In this document: piece by piece, positions 13,116-27,180 of the stretch | How positions within the stretch are numbered: position 1 is the stretch's first letter | How the letters are laid out: every line of letters begins with the position of its first letter | Source: Amoebidium appalachense | Taxonomy: Eukaryota; Protista; Ichthyosporea | Assembly: GCA_963693365.1 (NCBI GenBank) | Contig: CAVNZM010000013.1 | Span: 252,759-316,758 of the forward strand | DNA length: 64,000 bases | Direction: 5' to 3' | Position numbers and translations under genes: made by a program | Notes under the pieces: generated by a model | What the model was told of the DNA's origin: nothing | Databases searched by the model: none | What the model saw: only the letters and a program-made list of their open reading frames with translations

Positions 13116-13669
13116 AGATGATAACGTAGCCTTATAGCTGCTGATGACTTCATGGGCCAACCTTGCCAAAATCTGTAAAGGAACTCGAGCTAAGAATTAG
13201 CTCATCCTACTTGCGAGAAGTGGGGGGAGGGGGGGGGGGGGGGGGGGGGACTGAGGGGGCTGACTGAGAGTGGCAAAAAAAGAGTCGACAGAACCAACCT
13301 CAAACATAGTAAGGACGGAAACCCGGACCAGAACTTATGAAGTCTAGAGAAGCAGAAAATAGCTTGAACGATCGGTGGAGGGGATGATAGCTTTAGTGCT
13401 AACAGCAAAAGTAGTGCCCACAGTCGCTGGTTCATGAACGTGAAAGGCAACGTGCATCTGCAGCCAGCAGACACACGCACACGAACGCACGCACACACAC
13501 ATACACACACACACACACAGACACAGACACAGACATAATCACAGGACGGACACAGACCAGACAGACAAACGCCATATGCACAAAAGCAGGCAACACAAAA
13601 CTAACCTTCAAAGGGCTTTGGAAGAAGCTGCAGCATGCAGCATGGTCCAAAACAATCAGCACGGTGGCT

Positions 13670-13795
13670 GCGCGATCTGCGGAGGGGATCTGTGACCAGG
13701 CGCTGCGGGAAGGGAACTGCGACCAGGCGACCTGCGGGAAGGGACCTGCGACCAGGCGACCTGCGGGAAAGGACCTGCGGACCTGCGGGAAGGGG
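13670..13795. repeat. GC-rich minisatellite (GGGACCTGCGACCAGGCGACCTGCGGGAA-like)
   Basis: About four degenerate tandem units. Confidence 0.7.
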
Positions 13796-14136
13796 GAAGA
13801 GAAATGGAGAAAACAACGTGCGTACAGGCTTAAATGGAGAAAAAATTGCAAACCGGATTGGGATTTAGCCAATCACTATTCGCCGCGCCTGATTAGGAAA
13901 AAGATAAAAATAGATTTCGGCTCGCGCGCGCGCGTGCATCAGCTTGGTGCCCTTAGCGCTACCCTTAGTGCCCTTAGTCACAACTATCAGACTATAGTTA
14001 CGTGTCCTCCACTTCATTGTTCTTGACCATTTTTTCGGCATGAAAGGGTTTCTGTTACTTCTTGCTGTCCTTCTTAGCGTGCTTGCTTGTCTTTTTTTCA
14101 ACATGGGTGTCACTGGCGCGTTCGACTTCTTTGAAA

Positions 14137-14182
<46 letters not shown>

Positions 14183-14569
14183 GCGCGCGCACGCACACAC
14201 ACTCACACATGCACACTGCACACACACACACACACACACACACAGGCGCGCACACACAGGCACGAACACACACAGGCGCACACCTACACAACACACACAG
14301 CACATGCACACACAAGCGCACACACGCACACACCCTGTTATCCCTGATCATGATGCCCCCTCCCCCCCTCCCCTCTTCCCCCCCCGCGCACCCCCCCCCC
14401 CCCCCCCCCCCCCACCCACCCCACCCACCCACCTACAAAGACGAAAACATTGTACATGTATTGCATACACAAATATACTCGCACATATACATACACACAT
14501 TCACTTTAATCTTTCAGGCTACATGTGCAATATACATTAATTATGCACAGTCGATAGAATTCGTTGTGA

Positions 14570-14603
<34 letters not shown>

Positions 14604-14849
14604 TCGTTCCCCCCATATGCAATGGGGATAATATTGTTTCCCGCTATTAATTAAAAAAATCACCGTTCTAACTTCCTAAGACCGAACCACTTGTAACACC
14701 GACAGTTTCGGTTGTGTGGAACCCCCCCCCCTCCCCCCAACCCACCCACCACCTTACCAATATTGAGGTGTACACTGCCCCCACATCCCCAACTGTGTGC
14801 TGAATATCCCGTGCTAGGAAACCAATAACGTGAAAGTAACACATGCCGC

Positions 14850-15417
14850 ATGTGGGTAGTTACTGAAAAAACCAATAATGTCTAGGTAACATACTAATAT
14901 GTACATATACTATGCTACAAAGGGGGTTCTATACGAGCTACAACGTTGTGTTTTTTTCGTGTGACCCTCGTACTCCAGGGGCACATTCACCATCCCCCCC
15001 ATAAACTTTGTGGTAAAGCTCTCGTGCTAGAAGCTGTTCTGTGGGTAGTTATTGAAAAAACGAATAATGTCTAGGTAACACATGTACTTATACTATGCTA
15101 CAAGGGGGGTTCTATTCGAGCTACAATGTTGTGTTTTTTTCGTGTGACCCGGGCACATTCACCATCCACCCCATAAACTTTGTGGTAAATTTCTCGTGCT
15201 AGAGGCTGTTCTGTGGGTAGTTATTGAAAAACCAATAATGTCTAGGTAACATATGTACATATACTATGCTACAAGGGGGGTTCTATTCGAGCTACAATGT
15301 TGTGTTTTTTTTGTATGACCCTCGTACTCCAGGGGCACATTCACCATCCCCCCCATAAACTTTGTGGTAAATGTCTCGTGCTAGAAGCTGTTCTGTGGGT
15401 AGTTATTGAAAAAACCA
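14850..15417 (+). repeat. ~180-bp satellite, about 3 units
   Basis: Recurring GTGACCCTCGTACTCCAGGGGCACATTCACCATCCCC and GTGGGTAGTTATTGAAAAACC; same unit at 43931-44220. Confidence 0.85.
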
Positions 15418-15911
15418 AAGTTCCCACTGAGGCCATCCAGGCCGTGCCCTACAAGATCATCATCACCTGGCCCCCTACGATGCCACATTCCGTACATTCC
15501 GATCTAACTTTATCGTGCGCCTGCACGAGCTAAGTCGATCGGCTCACACTAATATATTTATCTAAGTCTCACCCCCTCTCCCTTCCCCTAGTGGCACCGC
15601 AGAGTCTAATTCTACATTTCGTACTATCTCCCTCCCCCCTCCCTCCCCCCTTTCCTCTGTCATCGAAATATATAAATACGTTTGGCAGCATACACTATCA
15701 AAACTTGCCAATATTTACAAAGGGCTTCTGCCCGAACAATCACATTCCTAAGTCCTCCTACGATCTATCCTACACACTAATTAGAATTCTATTGGTCGGC
15801 TGTCCCAGCTGACGTGGTCCTGCCCTGCGCCGGCAGAGGCAAGATGATGCACGCAGCTGCACAGCTATCTTGAGGCCCCGGACTTGATCTTGATGATCTG
15901 TGGACCCGGGC

Positions 15912-15967
<56 letters not shown>

Positions 15968-16018
15968 ATCTCGATCGTAGACTTAGGCTAATCTGCTGAG
16001 ACGGATTAGTATATGTCA
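15418..16018 (-). repeat. Gypsy 3' LTR, missing its last ~200 bp
   Basis: Matches 32014-32579 with only a few substitutions and a longer C run; preceded on minus strand by a G-rich PPT (16021-16040). Confidence 0.9.
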
Positions 16019-16223
16019 ACTCCCCCCCCCCGGCCCCCGGAAAAGCTGAGTCCCACCTCAGTCACATTACATCTAACACCCCCTAAAAAGACATAGACTA
16101 ATCAGTCTCCTAAAAAAATTAAATTAAATAAAGTTACGAAGAAAAATAATAAATTAATCTACACCATAAGCTTGATACCTACGGAGACACCTATGATAAT
16201 AAATTAAATTCCTACGACTACGT

Positions 16224-17831
16224 TCACACTCCTCCTCGGTCTCCTCCCCCCCCTCCCCCCCCCCCCCGTGTGTCTACGTGTATTTGCATCACTCCCCCCC
16301 CCCCGGCCCCCTCCCCCATCGACTTTTTCACACCACGATTAAACTGAGGAATAACTCTCTTTGGCCTAGAGGGAGCACTAGGCAACTCCCTCTGCACTAA
16401 TCTAGCCTCATAAGCACGAATAGAAAACGGGCAATCCAAATGAAACTCAGGCAACCACTGATCTTCCTGATAACCTCCCTCAAAACGAATTAAATAATAA
16501 TTTACCTTACCTTCCTTACCTTCGATAACCTTTTTATCCATAATTTTATCTACTGCAGCCTCCGATACATCCACCGACCCGTCATAGTCGGGGGTGAATG
16601 CATCTAACACTCGACGGCCCTCCGGCCGTTTAACCCTAAGGGCCCTATCATAATATTCCTTTATATCATCTACATTATAAAATCTAACATCACTCTCATT
16701 ATCTAACCTCTGCACCTTATATTCCGTCGGACCTAACCTAGCCACTATTTTATACGGACCGATAAAAAGAGGCAACCATTTCTTACCATACTTACGAAGA
16801 CCTTCACCTTCACCCTTACCTTCCTGCTCCTGCCTATATCTCTTTTTCCTAGTATGATCCCTAATTAAAACTAGAGTACCCTCGGCAAATTCACGTAACG
16901 GACGTGTGCACACGTCTGCACGTGTCTGTGCCTGCTGTGTACGGGCCAGAGCTGCATCACGTGCAGCCCGGGCCCGGGTTAGTAGCTGCTCCCGGAACTC
17001 AGTCCAGTGGGGATAAGTTAGTCGGTCAGCCCCCCCCATCGGCAAAAGTGCCGTATCTAACAAACTAATAGCCTCCTGCCCATAGACCAAATAAAACGGA
17101 GAAAAACCAGTCACAGCATGAGGGGTAGAATTATATGAATGAGCAATAAACCTAGACATATGATCCCAATCATTAGCCTCCACATCCACCATTTTGCCAA
17201 AGGACTTCTGAAACACTGCATGCACACGTTCAGAGATGGCATTTGCTTGAGGGTGATATGCAGACGTAGTGATATGGGCTACCCTTAAAATTTTACACAC
17301 CTCCGACACCAACTGATTTAAAAACACACGACTCCTATCCGTTAACAAAACACGAGGACAACCAAACCTAAGACAAATTTCATCCACAAAAATACGAGCA
17401 AACAAAACGGCATTAGCAGTGGGGAGAGGAAAAACTTCAACCTAACGAGTGGCCACATCGGTGACGGTAACAAGAACAGTGTTACCCTCAACCGTAGAAT
17501 TAAAAGGACCGACCACATCCACTGCTACCCTTTCAAACATACGAACATTAAAATCCCTAATAAACGACGGGCGGGAACGAGAGTGGGGACTCTCATTCCT
17601 TTCCTGACAATGCATGCATGACAACACATAATCCCTCACCTCCCTACTCATACCCGGCCAAAAATACGAACGATTAACACGAAGCAACGTCCTATTTACA
17701 CCTAAATGACCAGCCATGGGATGCTCGTGCACCATATGCAAAACCTCAGGCACAAGTGCCGTCGGGACCCAAACTCGGTGTCCGTCTGGCCCAGAACAAT
17801 GATAAACTAAATCCTGCTCTACCTGACACAT
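16224..17831 (-). CDS. Gypsy integrase with C-terminal chromodomain (broken near 17405-17445)
   Basis: HEHPMAGHLG...CMHC zinc finger, VAVDVVGP, LTDRS, YHPQANAISER, GPY motif, VDKIMD...YLIRFEGG...DQWLPE chromodomain. Confidence 0.9.
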
Positions 17832-18087
17832 TTTTGCTAACTTAGCTACCTTTGCCTTTTATTTTTAAATTTAATCGAATCAACCGGCCCCTTTAAATAA
17901 TTCTTAACCAGACCAATCAACACATCTTCCTCCTGAGCTAAGATCAAAGCCGTAGGTGCTAAGGCAGAAGCCGAGCCATGAGACTCGGTCCCGACTTCAG
18001 ACACTGACAAATACCTCCCCCCCCCTCCCCTACACTTATAAGCAAGCAACCCCGGAGCCCAAGAAGACACATCAACAGACACCGCAT

Positions 18088-19760
18088 CTATTCCTTTCTG
18101 CTCACTCTCCCCCCCCCTTGTCTCTCACTATCCCCCCCCTCCCCCTCCTTCTCTTCTTCAAACAAAATATAAGCAGCACGAGAGAGAGCATCACAGTCAA
18201 CCATTGTTTCACCCTTGGCATAAAACAATTTATAGGAGAACTCACCGAGAGCCGCGGCCCACTTCTGCATCCTCTCGTTGACCAGACGAGTGGTGCCGGC
18301 CATGGCTAGCCAGGGCTTGTGGTCGGTGTAGACCTCAAACGTCCTGCCTGCAAGTATATACCTCCATGCCTGTGAGACTGCCCAAAAGATAGCATGGGAC
18401 TCTCTCTCCGGATTGCTATATCTACGTTCACTTTTACTAAATGAACGACTAGCATAAGCAATCACCCTATCCTGCCCCTCCTGCACTTGATATAACACGG
18501 CCCCCTCAGCAACCTTACTTGCATCACAACAAACCTTAAACATCCCCCCCCGGCCGAAAAATCAGGATGAACAAGCATACTCGAAGACTGCAAAGCTAAC
18601 TCAAGCTTTTCGAAAGCAGAAACAGCATCAACATTCCAATCTATTCTATTCTTCTTCTCCCCCCCCGTCTGACTAGTTAACGGCAAAGCAAGCATACTAT
18701 AATCCTTAATATAACGACGAAGATAATTAGTTAAACCTAAAAATTGCCTTAGTTGAGTGACAGTCTGAGGACGGGGCCACTCAACTATGGCCCGGATTTT
18801 CTCCGGATCAGGGGAAAGACCATTACTAGACACAATATGACCTAAAAACTTAACCTCCGGCACACCAATCACAGTCTTGCTACCGCTAATGCGAAGACCA
18901 GACTCACCCAAAGCTAAAAATACTTTTTCACAATTATTAACTAGCTCCTCAAATGACTTACCTTTAATTAAAACATCATCCAAATAAGGGTGGCATACAT
19001 CCAAATGAGGGTGGAGAATTTTATACATTACCCGGCACAACATAGCTGGAGAGGAGAGCAAACCCATCGGCACCACCTTGTACTGGAACAGCTGGTCACC
19101 CAGTGCAAAGGCAGTCTTCTCCTTGCTGCTCTCCTCCAACCTTATCTGCCAAAAAGCTGCTTTTAAATCAAGTTTAGCAAAGTGAGTATAGCCGTGCAGC
19201 TGTGAAAGCTGCTCGTCTATGTTAGGGAGAGGCCATTGGTCTGCCTTAGTGATCCGATTCAGAGCCCTGTAATCGTTCACTAGACGCCAAGACCCGTCGG
19301 GCTTCTTAACCAATAGCACCGGACTTCTCCACGGACTCGAACTATGCTCCACATGACCCTTTTTTAACATATCACTCACTATTATTAGCGCATCCGACAA
19401 TTTATACTGCTCCATTCTATAGCTAGGCATCACTACCGGCCTATTATCACCTGTGTCGATCTGCATTTCAAACCCTTTAACGAAGCCTACTTCGTTATCA
19501 TCGGCCAGAAATGCAAACCGAGTCCTATCAAATAACTTAGCTAGCAATTTTTTCTGTTCTACCGTCCAATCCCCCTCCTTCATACCAAACGGCAATACTA
19601 ACTCCGGGTTACCCCCATCACAAGTGGATGCATCCTTATTCACCGGAGTGCCACTTAACATTTCACCTCCTGTATTACATCGGTGCTGCTCGGGGTGAGG
19701 TTGAGGTACCTCCGGATATAGGCGGTCACCCTTAGCACCCCCCTCCCCCCGGCACACCAA
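18088..19760 (-). CDS. Gypsy reverse transcriptase + RNase H (frameshift in a G run near 18545)
   Basis: SPVLLVKKPDGSWRLVNDYRALN, KLDLKAAFWQI, VPMGL, YLDD; RNase H CDAS, YSNPERE, YTDHKP. Confidence 0.92.
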
Positions 19761-20781
19761 TGCCCCCGGGCAATTCCTGATGAGTTAGTGCATGTATGTG
19801 GGGGGCCAGGTCTGTGGCCACCCTGCCCCCCACGGTGTTGGTTAACCCGTCAGATCCACGGGTTAGACCAACACCCTCCCCCCCTGCCTGCACATTCTCA
19901 CACCCGGGGTGACCCTCCTTCCTCTTGGGGGTCGGGGGAGTGGGACCGGTGCTGTCCCGGTCCCCCCCCCCATCGTGTCGGGTTACATTTTGGTGGCTAA
20001 CGTTAAATAAAGTTGTTCCCCCTCCTCCTGAGTCACCCTTCGAGCCGGCATCCTCCTTTTGGGTAATAAGAGAGACCTCTATACTACCAATCTCATTAGT
20101 GAAACTACCGACGGAAACACCTGACCTAATCACTATAGGCTCGATGCCCGGATTCACTAATTCTATTTCTATTGTCTTATCCGGCCATACCCTACTAAGG
20201 GTCCATTGGGCCACCTCCTGAAATGGGGTTTTCGGAGTAAAAACCCCTAAATCCCCTATCCTAACATGATTGCCGGCCCGGACACGTACCGTTTGGCACT
20301 GATAAGGCTCGATTACTACTTCAGCTACCGTTCTAGCACCAGACTGATAACCGTCGAGCCCATCATGGGTTTTAATTTTAACGCCGGACTGCAATTCTAA
20401 AACATTCGTACGTTCAAACAAAGCATTCACATGTCTACGGAAAAATGGGGCTCCCAACAAAACACTTTGAGCTAAATCCTTAACCACATAACAAACAATA
20501 TGCATAGCCTGGCCACCTATCTCACACGGCAACACACAAACACCTTCCACAGACATACTACTATTATTAGCACTACCTAAGGCTGTGCTAGAAGCATCTA
20601 AAATAGGAATTTCCCCCCCGGCCTGATTAAAACGACGAATAAACGAAGCATGCACACAATTAACCTGAGCCCCTCCATCGAGCAAAGCAACAGCCTTCAA
20701 CTTACCATCAGCTAACCATACGTCTATGGACCACTTTGGATCTATAATAGGCCGATTTGTGGAATGTGGCTCATGACCCAT
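19732..20781 (-). CDS. Gypsy aspartic protease region of pol
   Basis: ALLDGGAQVNCV active site and VLLGAPFF motif. Confidence 0.85.
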   Translation of the reverse strand: MGHEPHSTNRPIIDPKWSIDVWLADGKLKAVALLDGGAQVNCVHASFIRRFNQAGGEIPILDASSTALGSANNSSMSVEGVCVLPCEIGGQAMHIVCYVVKDLAQSVLLGAPFFRRHVNALFERTNVLELQSGVKIKTHDGLDGYQSGARTVAEVVIEPYQCQTVRVRAGNHVRIGDLGVFTPKTPFQEVAQWTLSRVWPDKTIEIELVNPGIEPIVIRSGVSVGSFTNEIGSIEVSLITQKEDAGSKGDSGGGGTTLFNVSHQNVTRHDGGGDRDSTGPTPPTPKRKEGHPGCENVQAGGEGVGLTRGSDGLTNTVGGRVATDLAPHIHALTHQELPGGIGVPGGGGC

Positions 20782-22547
20782 AGGGCCTAGCCCGCCCCAT
20801 GGGTTTGGTTTTATTTGTGGAATTTATTGACATAAATATTTTTCTGGGTAAACACGTAGGATGGGTGTTCGATATTGACATAACCATGTAGGCTTCGTTT
20901 CGTGTTTTAGCAGTTCGCGATTGGCCGCTCGCACACGGGCACCTATTAGCTAATCAAAACATCAGATTCCACATATCGCTAGACCGATTTTGATTGGTTC
21001 GATTCAGATTCACATATCACTGGATCGATTTTCAATTGGCTCAGGTCGGTAGGCTTAGGTATATAAGCAAGACAGTTTTCAGCAGATCAGCAAGCTACAA
21101 ACACATCTTCTGTGTTGAGCACCTACAGCCCTTACGGCTATACATTTTCTTTTCAACTCTTGACACGAGCTTCTGTCACACCTTGACAATCGTGCCATCC
21201 TTGCAAGTTCAGCTTGCCCTCGTGTCCTCCTCGCAAGTTAGGCTTGCACTCCTGCCAGTTCCGTCCCGGTTAGGGCTAGTCGCCCTACAAGTTCCTCGAC
21301 ACTTCAAGAAGATTTCCTGACATGGTCCCTCACGCGCCGCGCCGCTGTGATCTAAGTCCCTACCACTCGTCTAATTTCAAACCCCGTTTTCAATCCCGAT
21401 GGCCTAGAATTTCACACCCCGCTTCGATCCGCATTGACTATCCTCGCTCATAGTCCTTGCCCGATTGCCCTTCTGAGTATTCAAATACGGTACTCCAATC
21501 GCGTCGCTTATGTTAAACCCAGTCAAAGCACCTTGTGCTTTCCTACTGTTCAGGAGTACTGACCCCAAGTCCCTGCCAGAACAGCTTACCGTGTTCAACC
21601 CGCCTCCTTCCCTGTTTTCCCACCCTGTTTCCCGCCATGTCTCCCCCCACCATGACTTCACTGTCGATGGATACCTCACATTCCATTGGTCTGCCCCGCA
21701 TTCCAGCAGCATTTTTTCCTCAGATCACAAGGCCAGCCTCGTCGAGATCTCAGCTACCCCAAACCCTGCACGGCCCCAGTTCCCCTGCAGCTGTTCCCCC
21801 CCTGTTGCCACCCGACCCCGGCCAGCTACACATGCTGCCAGGTCCGGTCGTTCCCATCCACGTTTCTGCCCAGCCAGCCTACCGTGCTGCCTGCCCATCC
21901 ACGTTTCTGCCCAGCCAGCCTACCGTGCTGCCCGCCCCCGTTTCCAAAGCCCCTGGCCCGACCCAGTTAACCTTCTCCGTCCGGACTTACCTGCCTTTGA
22001 CCCTGCCTCCGTCGTGCCTGATCCCAAAACCAATCCCGTCAAAGCCCCTCCTCCCCTCCCTGTTCCGGCTTTCCCAGTAACCCCCGAGCAGCAAGAACCC
22101 TCAGGCTCGACGCCCCTCCAAACGAATTTCAAATTACGCGACCTCCGCAACCAGCTGCCCAACGCTCCCGCGGGCACTGACGCGCCTCCGGCGGCCCCCA
22201 CCACCACGGACCCTCCAAGCCACTCTCCCCTCTACCCCTGAAGCCCCCCCTCAGGCCTGTCCCATGTAGTACCCCAAGCCCGGCTGTGGTCTAAGACTTG
22301 ATGGCTTCACACCGCCCCACAAGCCCGGCGGGGGACAAACCCCCAACCGCCCCGACCCGCACCCCGGCCTGGCAACACCGGCCCGATCGGTGGAGCTACC
22401 CGCCACGCACTACATGAATTTCCACATTTAAGGTCGGTCCTGCGCTAAGCAGCCCTGCCCCCTCTCCCACGTGTGCCCGCTCTGCTCTGGCACACACCCC
22501 CGCAAAGACTGCAAGCCTAATGCCTAGTCTACGCGCACACCCACACA

Positions 22548-22769
22548 CACAGATAGAACATAGGGGCTAGGAGCTAGGATACACGGGTACAGGGACACGG
22601 AGCTCGGGAGCTCGGGTCACTAGGGCTAAGTACAAATTTTCGCAAGCCACCTACGGCGCCCGCGCGCGCCACAGAATACATGTCCCTACACAAAGACGTT
22701 ATTCTGGCCACTGCACATAATTTTACTCCCCACCCATCCCACGAGCCCCCCCCCCTTACACTCACCTAG

Positions 22770-22804
<35 letters not shown>

Positions 22805-23644
22805 TTCTAACTCTGTGTCCACCCGCATCCCCGCGTGCTCGGGCATCCCCTGCACATGGCCCCGCTGTTCTGCCTGCAACCTCCCTCGGGCCCAGCTGCC
22901 CGCACACACAGATAGAACATAGGGGCTAGGTGCTAGGATACACGGGTACAGGGACACGGAGCTCGGGAGCACGGGCCACTAGGGCTGAGTACAAATTTTT
23001 GCAGGCCACCTACGGCGCCCGCGCGCGCCACAGAATACATGTCCCTACACAAAGACGTTATTCTGGCCACTGCACATAATTTTACTCCCCACCCATCCCA
23101 CGAGCCTCCCCCCCCCCCTTACACTCACCTAGCACTCCCTCCCCCCCCCCCCCCCCCCCCCCCCCCCCTTCTAACTCTGTGTCCGCCCGCATCCCCGCGT
23201 GCTCGGGCATCCCCTGCACATGGCCCCGCTGTTCTGCCTGCAACCTCCCTCGGGCCCAGCTGCCCGCACACACAAGATAGAACATAGGGGCTAGGAGCTA
23301 GGATACACGGGTACAGGGACACGGAGCTCGGGAGCACGGGCCACTAGGGCTGAGTACAAATTTTTTTGCAGGCCACCTACGGCGCCCGCGCGCGCCACAG
23401 AATACATGTCCCTACACAAAAGACGTTATTCTGGCCACTGCACATAATTTTACTCCCCACCCATCCCACGAGCCTCCCCCCCCCCCCCCCTTACACTCAC
23501 CTAGCACTCCCTCCCCCCCCCCCTTCTAACTCTGTGTCCGCCCGCATCCCTGCGTGCTCGGGCATCCCCTGCACATGGCCCCGCTGCCCTGCCTGCAACC
23601 TCTCTCGGGCCCAGCTGCCCTACTCTAAACCCCCCGGGGCCCTG

Positions 23645-23650
<6 letters not shown>
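22548..23650 (+). repeat. Three ~360-bp tandem copies of the Ngaro gag-RT spacer
   Basis: AGATAGAACATAGGGG recurs at ~22551, ~22909, ~23275. Confidence 0.85.
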
Positions 23651-23684
<34 letters not shown>

Positions 23685-24028
23685 CTGCCGGGGTCTCCCC
23701 GAGGGTGCCCCACCCTTGCTAACCACACCTTCCCCCGAGGCTCAGACCCGGAGGCCCAGCCCCCCCTCGGCCACCAGCGCGGCCACCCTCTTCCCGGACC
23801 AATTCCTTGCTGAGTTTCCGGTCCTCCGTTCCTCCCCCATCGGCGCCGTTACTACAAAAACAAGCCCGGGACCCCAACTCATTCTCGACGCAGGCCCCGG
23901 CTGCTACATGGCAGTGGCAGACGTGCAGGCTGCCTTCCGGCACATGCCCTCTCCCTTCCCCTGGGCTCAACCCCCCCTCCCCTCCCCCCCCCCCCCCCGA
24001 TCTTCCCTTCCGGAGCAACGCTGGCAGA

Positions 24029-25056
24029 TTGGCCCCCCACTTTGCTCCGGCCGTGCTGCTTCGAGCCACCACTACCCTGCAGGAGTGCCAGGCCCTGAGT
24101 CTCAACCTCGACTCTCGGGCCTTCTACTCCCGGGTGCAGAAAGTGTTCATCGATTTTTGTGGCATCTCGGCTGCCATCCTCCTCCGGGTCCTACCTCCCG
24201 GCCTCCCCACACACCGTGCAGCTCTTTCTTGCCTGGTGTGCCCAACAAGGGGTACAGGCCTCTTCCTTGGCCGGCTACAATTCGGCTATCACCAGACTCC
24301 ACCTCGACATGGGACTTCCGGCTCCCTACCCCCACGACAAGTCTCTCGCCTGGTTCCTACAAGGGGTGGGCAGATGGCAGCTTTTCTCACAACATCCGAC
24401 CCCGATCATCTCCCAGAGAACCCCTCCTGCCCTCCCACCTCGGCCTACTCCATGGCCAGTGCCCCACCCAGGCCTCCTCAGCCAATCGCCGGCTTTGGAC
24501 GGCCCTCATCGTCGGTTTTTGTGGTCTCCTCCGTTCGTGGGAATTTACCTCCAAGACCCTGACTTCCTTCGACCCGTCCCGTCACGTGAAATGGAAGGAC
24601 GTGACCTTCAGCTACACCCCCACCAGTACTTTGTCCCATGCCACCCTCCACCTGCCAACCTCCAAGATGGATGTACAGCCCTAAGTGTCAACGTCACTCT
24701 AGCTGCCCTGCCTCTCACCCACTTCTCCCCAGCCCATCTCCTCCGGCAGTTCCTGGATACGACATCCGGTCAACCTGACGACCCCCTGTTCAGTCTCGGT
24801 GGCATTCCCTACACCAAGGGTGTTTTCTCTGACGACTTCCGTGCCCTCCTCTCCCGGGCAGGCCTCTCACCCTCCCGGTTTGCCGGCCACAGCCTCCGAA
24901 TTGGGGGGGCCACAGCCCTGGCCGAGGCCGGGGTCGACGACTCCAGGATCCAACAACTTGGCAGATGATCTTCCGACTGTTCCCTGATCTATACTCGACT
25001 TCGCCGGCCCCCATGGCTGCCACTAACAAACGTGTATTTGCCTCTATCCTTAAGTG
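24029..25056 (+). pseudogene. Tyrosine recombinase pseudogene
   Basis: Same YR as 10717-11750 with frameshifts, LLRSWE change and GRW->GR-stop at 24968. Confidence 0.85.
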
Positions 25057-25948
25057 AAACCTTTGGAGCAAGCATACTGCTCTCGTGCCGTGGTTTACAA
25101 CCATTGCAGGTTCACTTTCGTCCAAGGGGATGTCCCCCTAGAGGCAACACACGTCCCGGAGTAGTTTTCATAGAGGTTTTATTTGTGGAATTTATTGACA
25201 TAAATATTTTTCTGGGTAAACACGTAGGATGGGTGTTCGATATTGACATAACCATGTAGGCTTCGTTTCGTGTTTTAGCAGTTCGCGATTGGCCGCTCGC
25301 ACACGGGCACCTATTAGCTAATCAAAACATCAGATTCCACATATCGCTAGACCGATTTTGATTGGTTCGATTCAGATTCACATATCACTGGATCGATTTT
25401 CAATTGGCTCAGGTCGGTAGGCTTAGGTATATAAGCAAGACAGTTTTCAGCAGATCAGCAAGCTACAAACACATCTTCTGTGTTGAGCACCTACAGCCCT
25501 TACGGCTATACATTTTCTTTTCACCCACCCACCTACACCCACACTCACCCCCATTGATCCACACATGCGTGCTGTTTTTTCACGGGGCGAAGACTTCCCC
25601 CGTTTTTTGGGCACAAGGACCTCACGGATCAATAAATTGATGACTGGGGGCTTGCCGTGGTTTACAACCATTGCAGGTTCACTTTCGTCCAAGGGGATGT
25701 CCCCCTAGAGGCAACACACGTCCCGGAGTAGTTTTCATAGATGGCGGGAAACTTTCCCCGCCAACGCGTAACACGTGCAGCAGCGTACTACCATTTTTCC
25801 ACCAACCCTTAGAAGGGGAAAAAGAGGGTTTTCGCATAAAAAGTTTATTACATACAACAATTGTTTGTTAGCTCACGCACATTTTTGCTTAGGTGCAGGA
25901 TGTGCTGCCGGCTAACGGCCCTACGTGGGCCTGCACAGTAGCGAAAAA

Positions 25949-26374
25949 ATGGTCCAGAAGTGTAACCACGCTCTCTGTTCCAAAAAACAGAAAAACGGTG
26001 TTCCTAAGTTTGTACAAATAAAGGGTCCTGAGTATGCAACTGAGGTTTTTCTTAGGGTGGGACGCACTGAAGAATGGGTCGAATTAAAGAAAAACAGTAA
26101 AAACGTGCGTCTTTGCCGCGACCACTTTGATGATGACCAGTTTGAGAATGGTGACCGTGAAAACAAACCTCTAAAACCCAAGGCCCTTCCGCGAGCGTGG
26201 TCGGATGATGTAAGCAACGGACGCCTAGCGGTGCCTGAGGGTGTCGAAATACCCGGGTATAACAAGGAGGAGGCTGAGCGTAAAAGGAAACTAGACACAG
26301 AGCGCAGAGAGAGAGCTGCAAAACGAGCGAGAGATGAGATGGTGGAGGTGGTGGAGGAGGAGGCAAAAAAATAA
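25949..26374 (+). CDS. THAP zinc-finger protein (probable N-terminus of a truncated transposase)
   Basis: C-x4-C (CNHALC), W, C-x2-H (LCRDHF), LKPKALP resembling the AVPTIF box, then a basic/acidic coiled tail. Confidence 0.75.
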   Translation: MVQKCNHALCSKKQKNGVPKFVQIKGPEYATEVFLRVGRTEEWVELKKNSKNVRLCRDHFDDDQFENGDRENKPLKPKALPRAWSDDVSNGRLAVPEGVEIPGYNKEEAERKRKLDTERRERAAKRARDEMVEVVEEEAKK

Positions 26375-26419
26375 AGAGCACGTATTGGCATGGGTTCGAG
26401 GTTCATTAAATGCAGTTGC

Positions 26420-27180
<761 letters not shown>

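Larger units (their letters stand above)
20807..25740 (+). mobile_element. Ngaro-type YR retroelement, complete repeat set but internally deleted; A1 20807-21155, B1 25086-25173, A2 25174-25523, B2 25653-25740
   Basis: Split direct repeats; gag and RT reduced to fragments; degenerate YR; inserted 25 bp inside the left end of the DNA transposon. Confidence 0.92.

Noticed and set aside
14040-14631. Secreted His/Thr-rich protein and similar HT/CV/ER/LS-repeat ORFs
   Set aside because: Translations of microsatellites.
1-23480. Large inverted repeat or foldback element (1-2680 versus 20807-23480)
   Set aside because: Explained by two independent Ngaro insertions with different flanks.
25927-25935. 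GGGCCTGCA as the left TIR matching 29606-29614
   Set aside because: No TSD and only ~20 bp from the THAP ATG; 20782 gives the AT duplication and restores the Gypsy.
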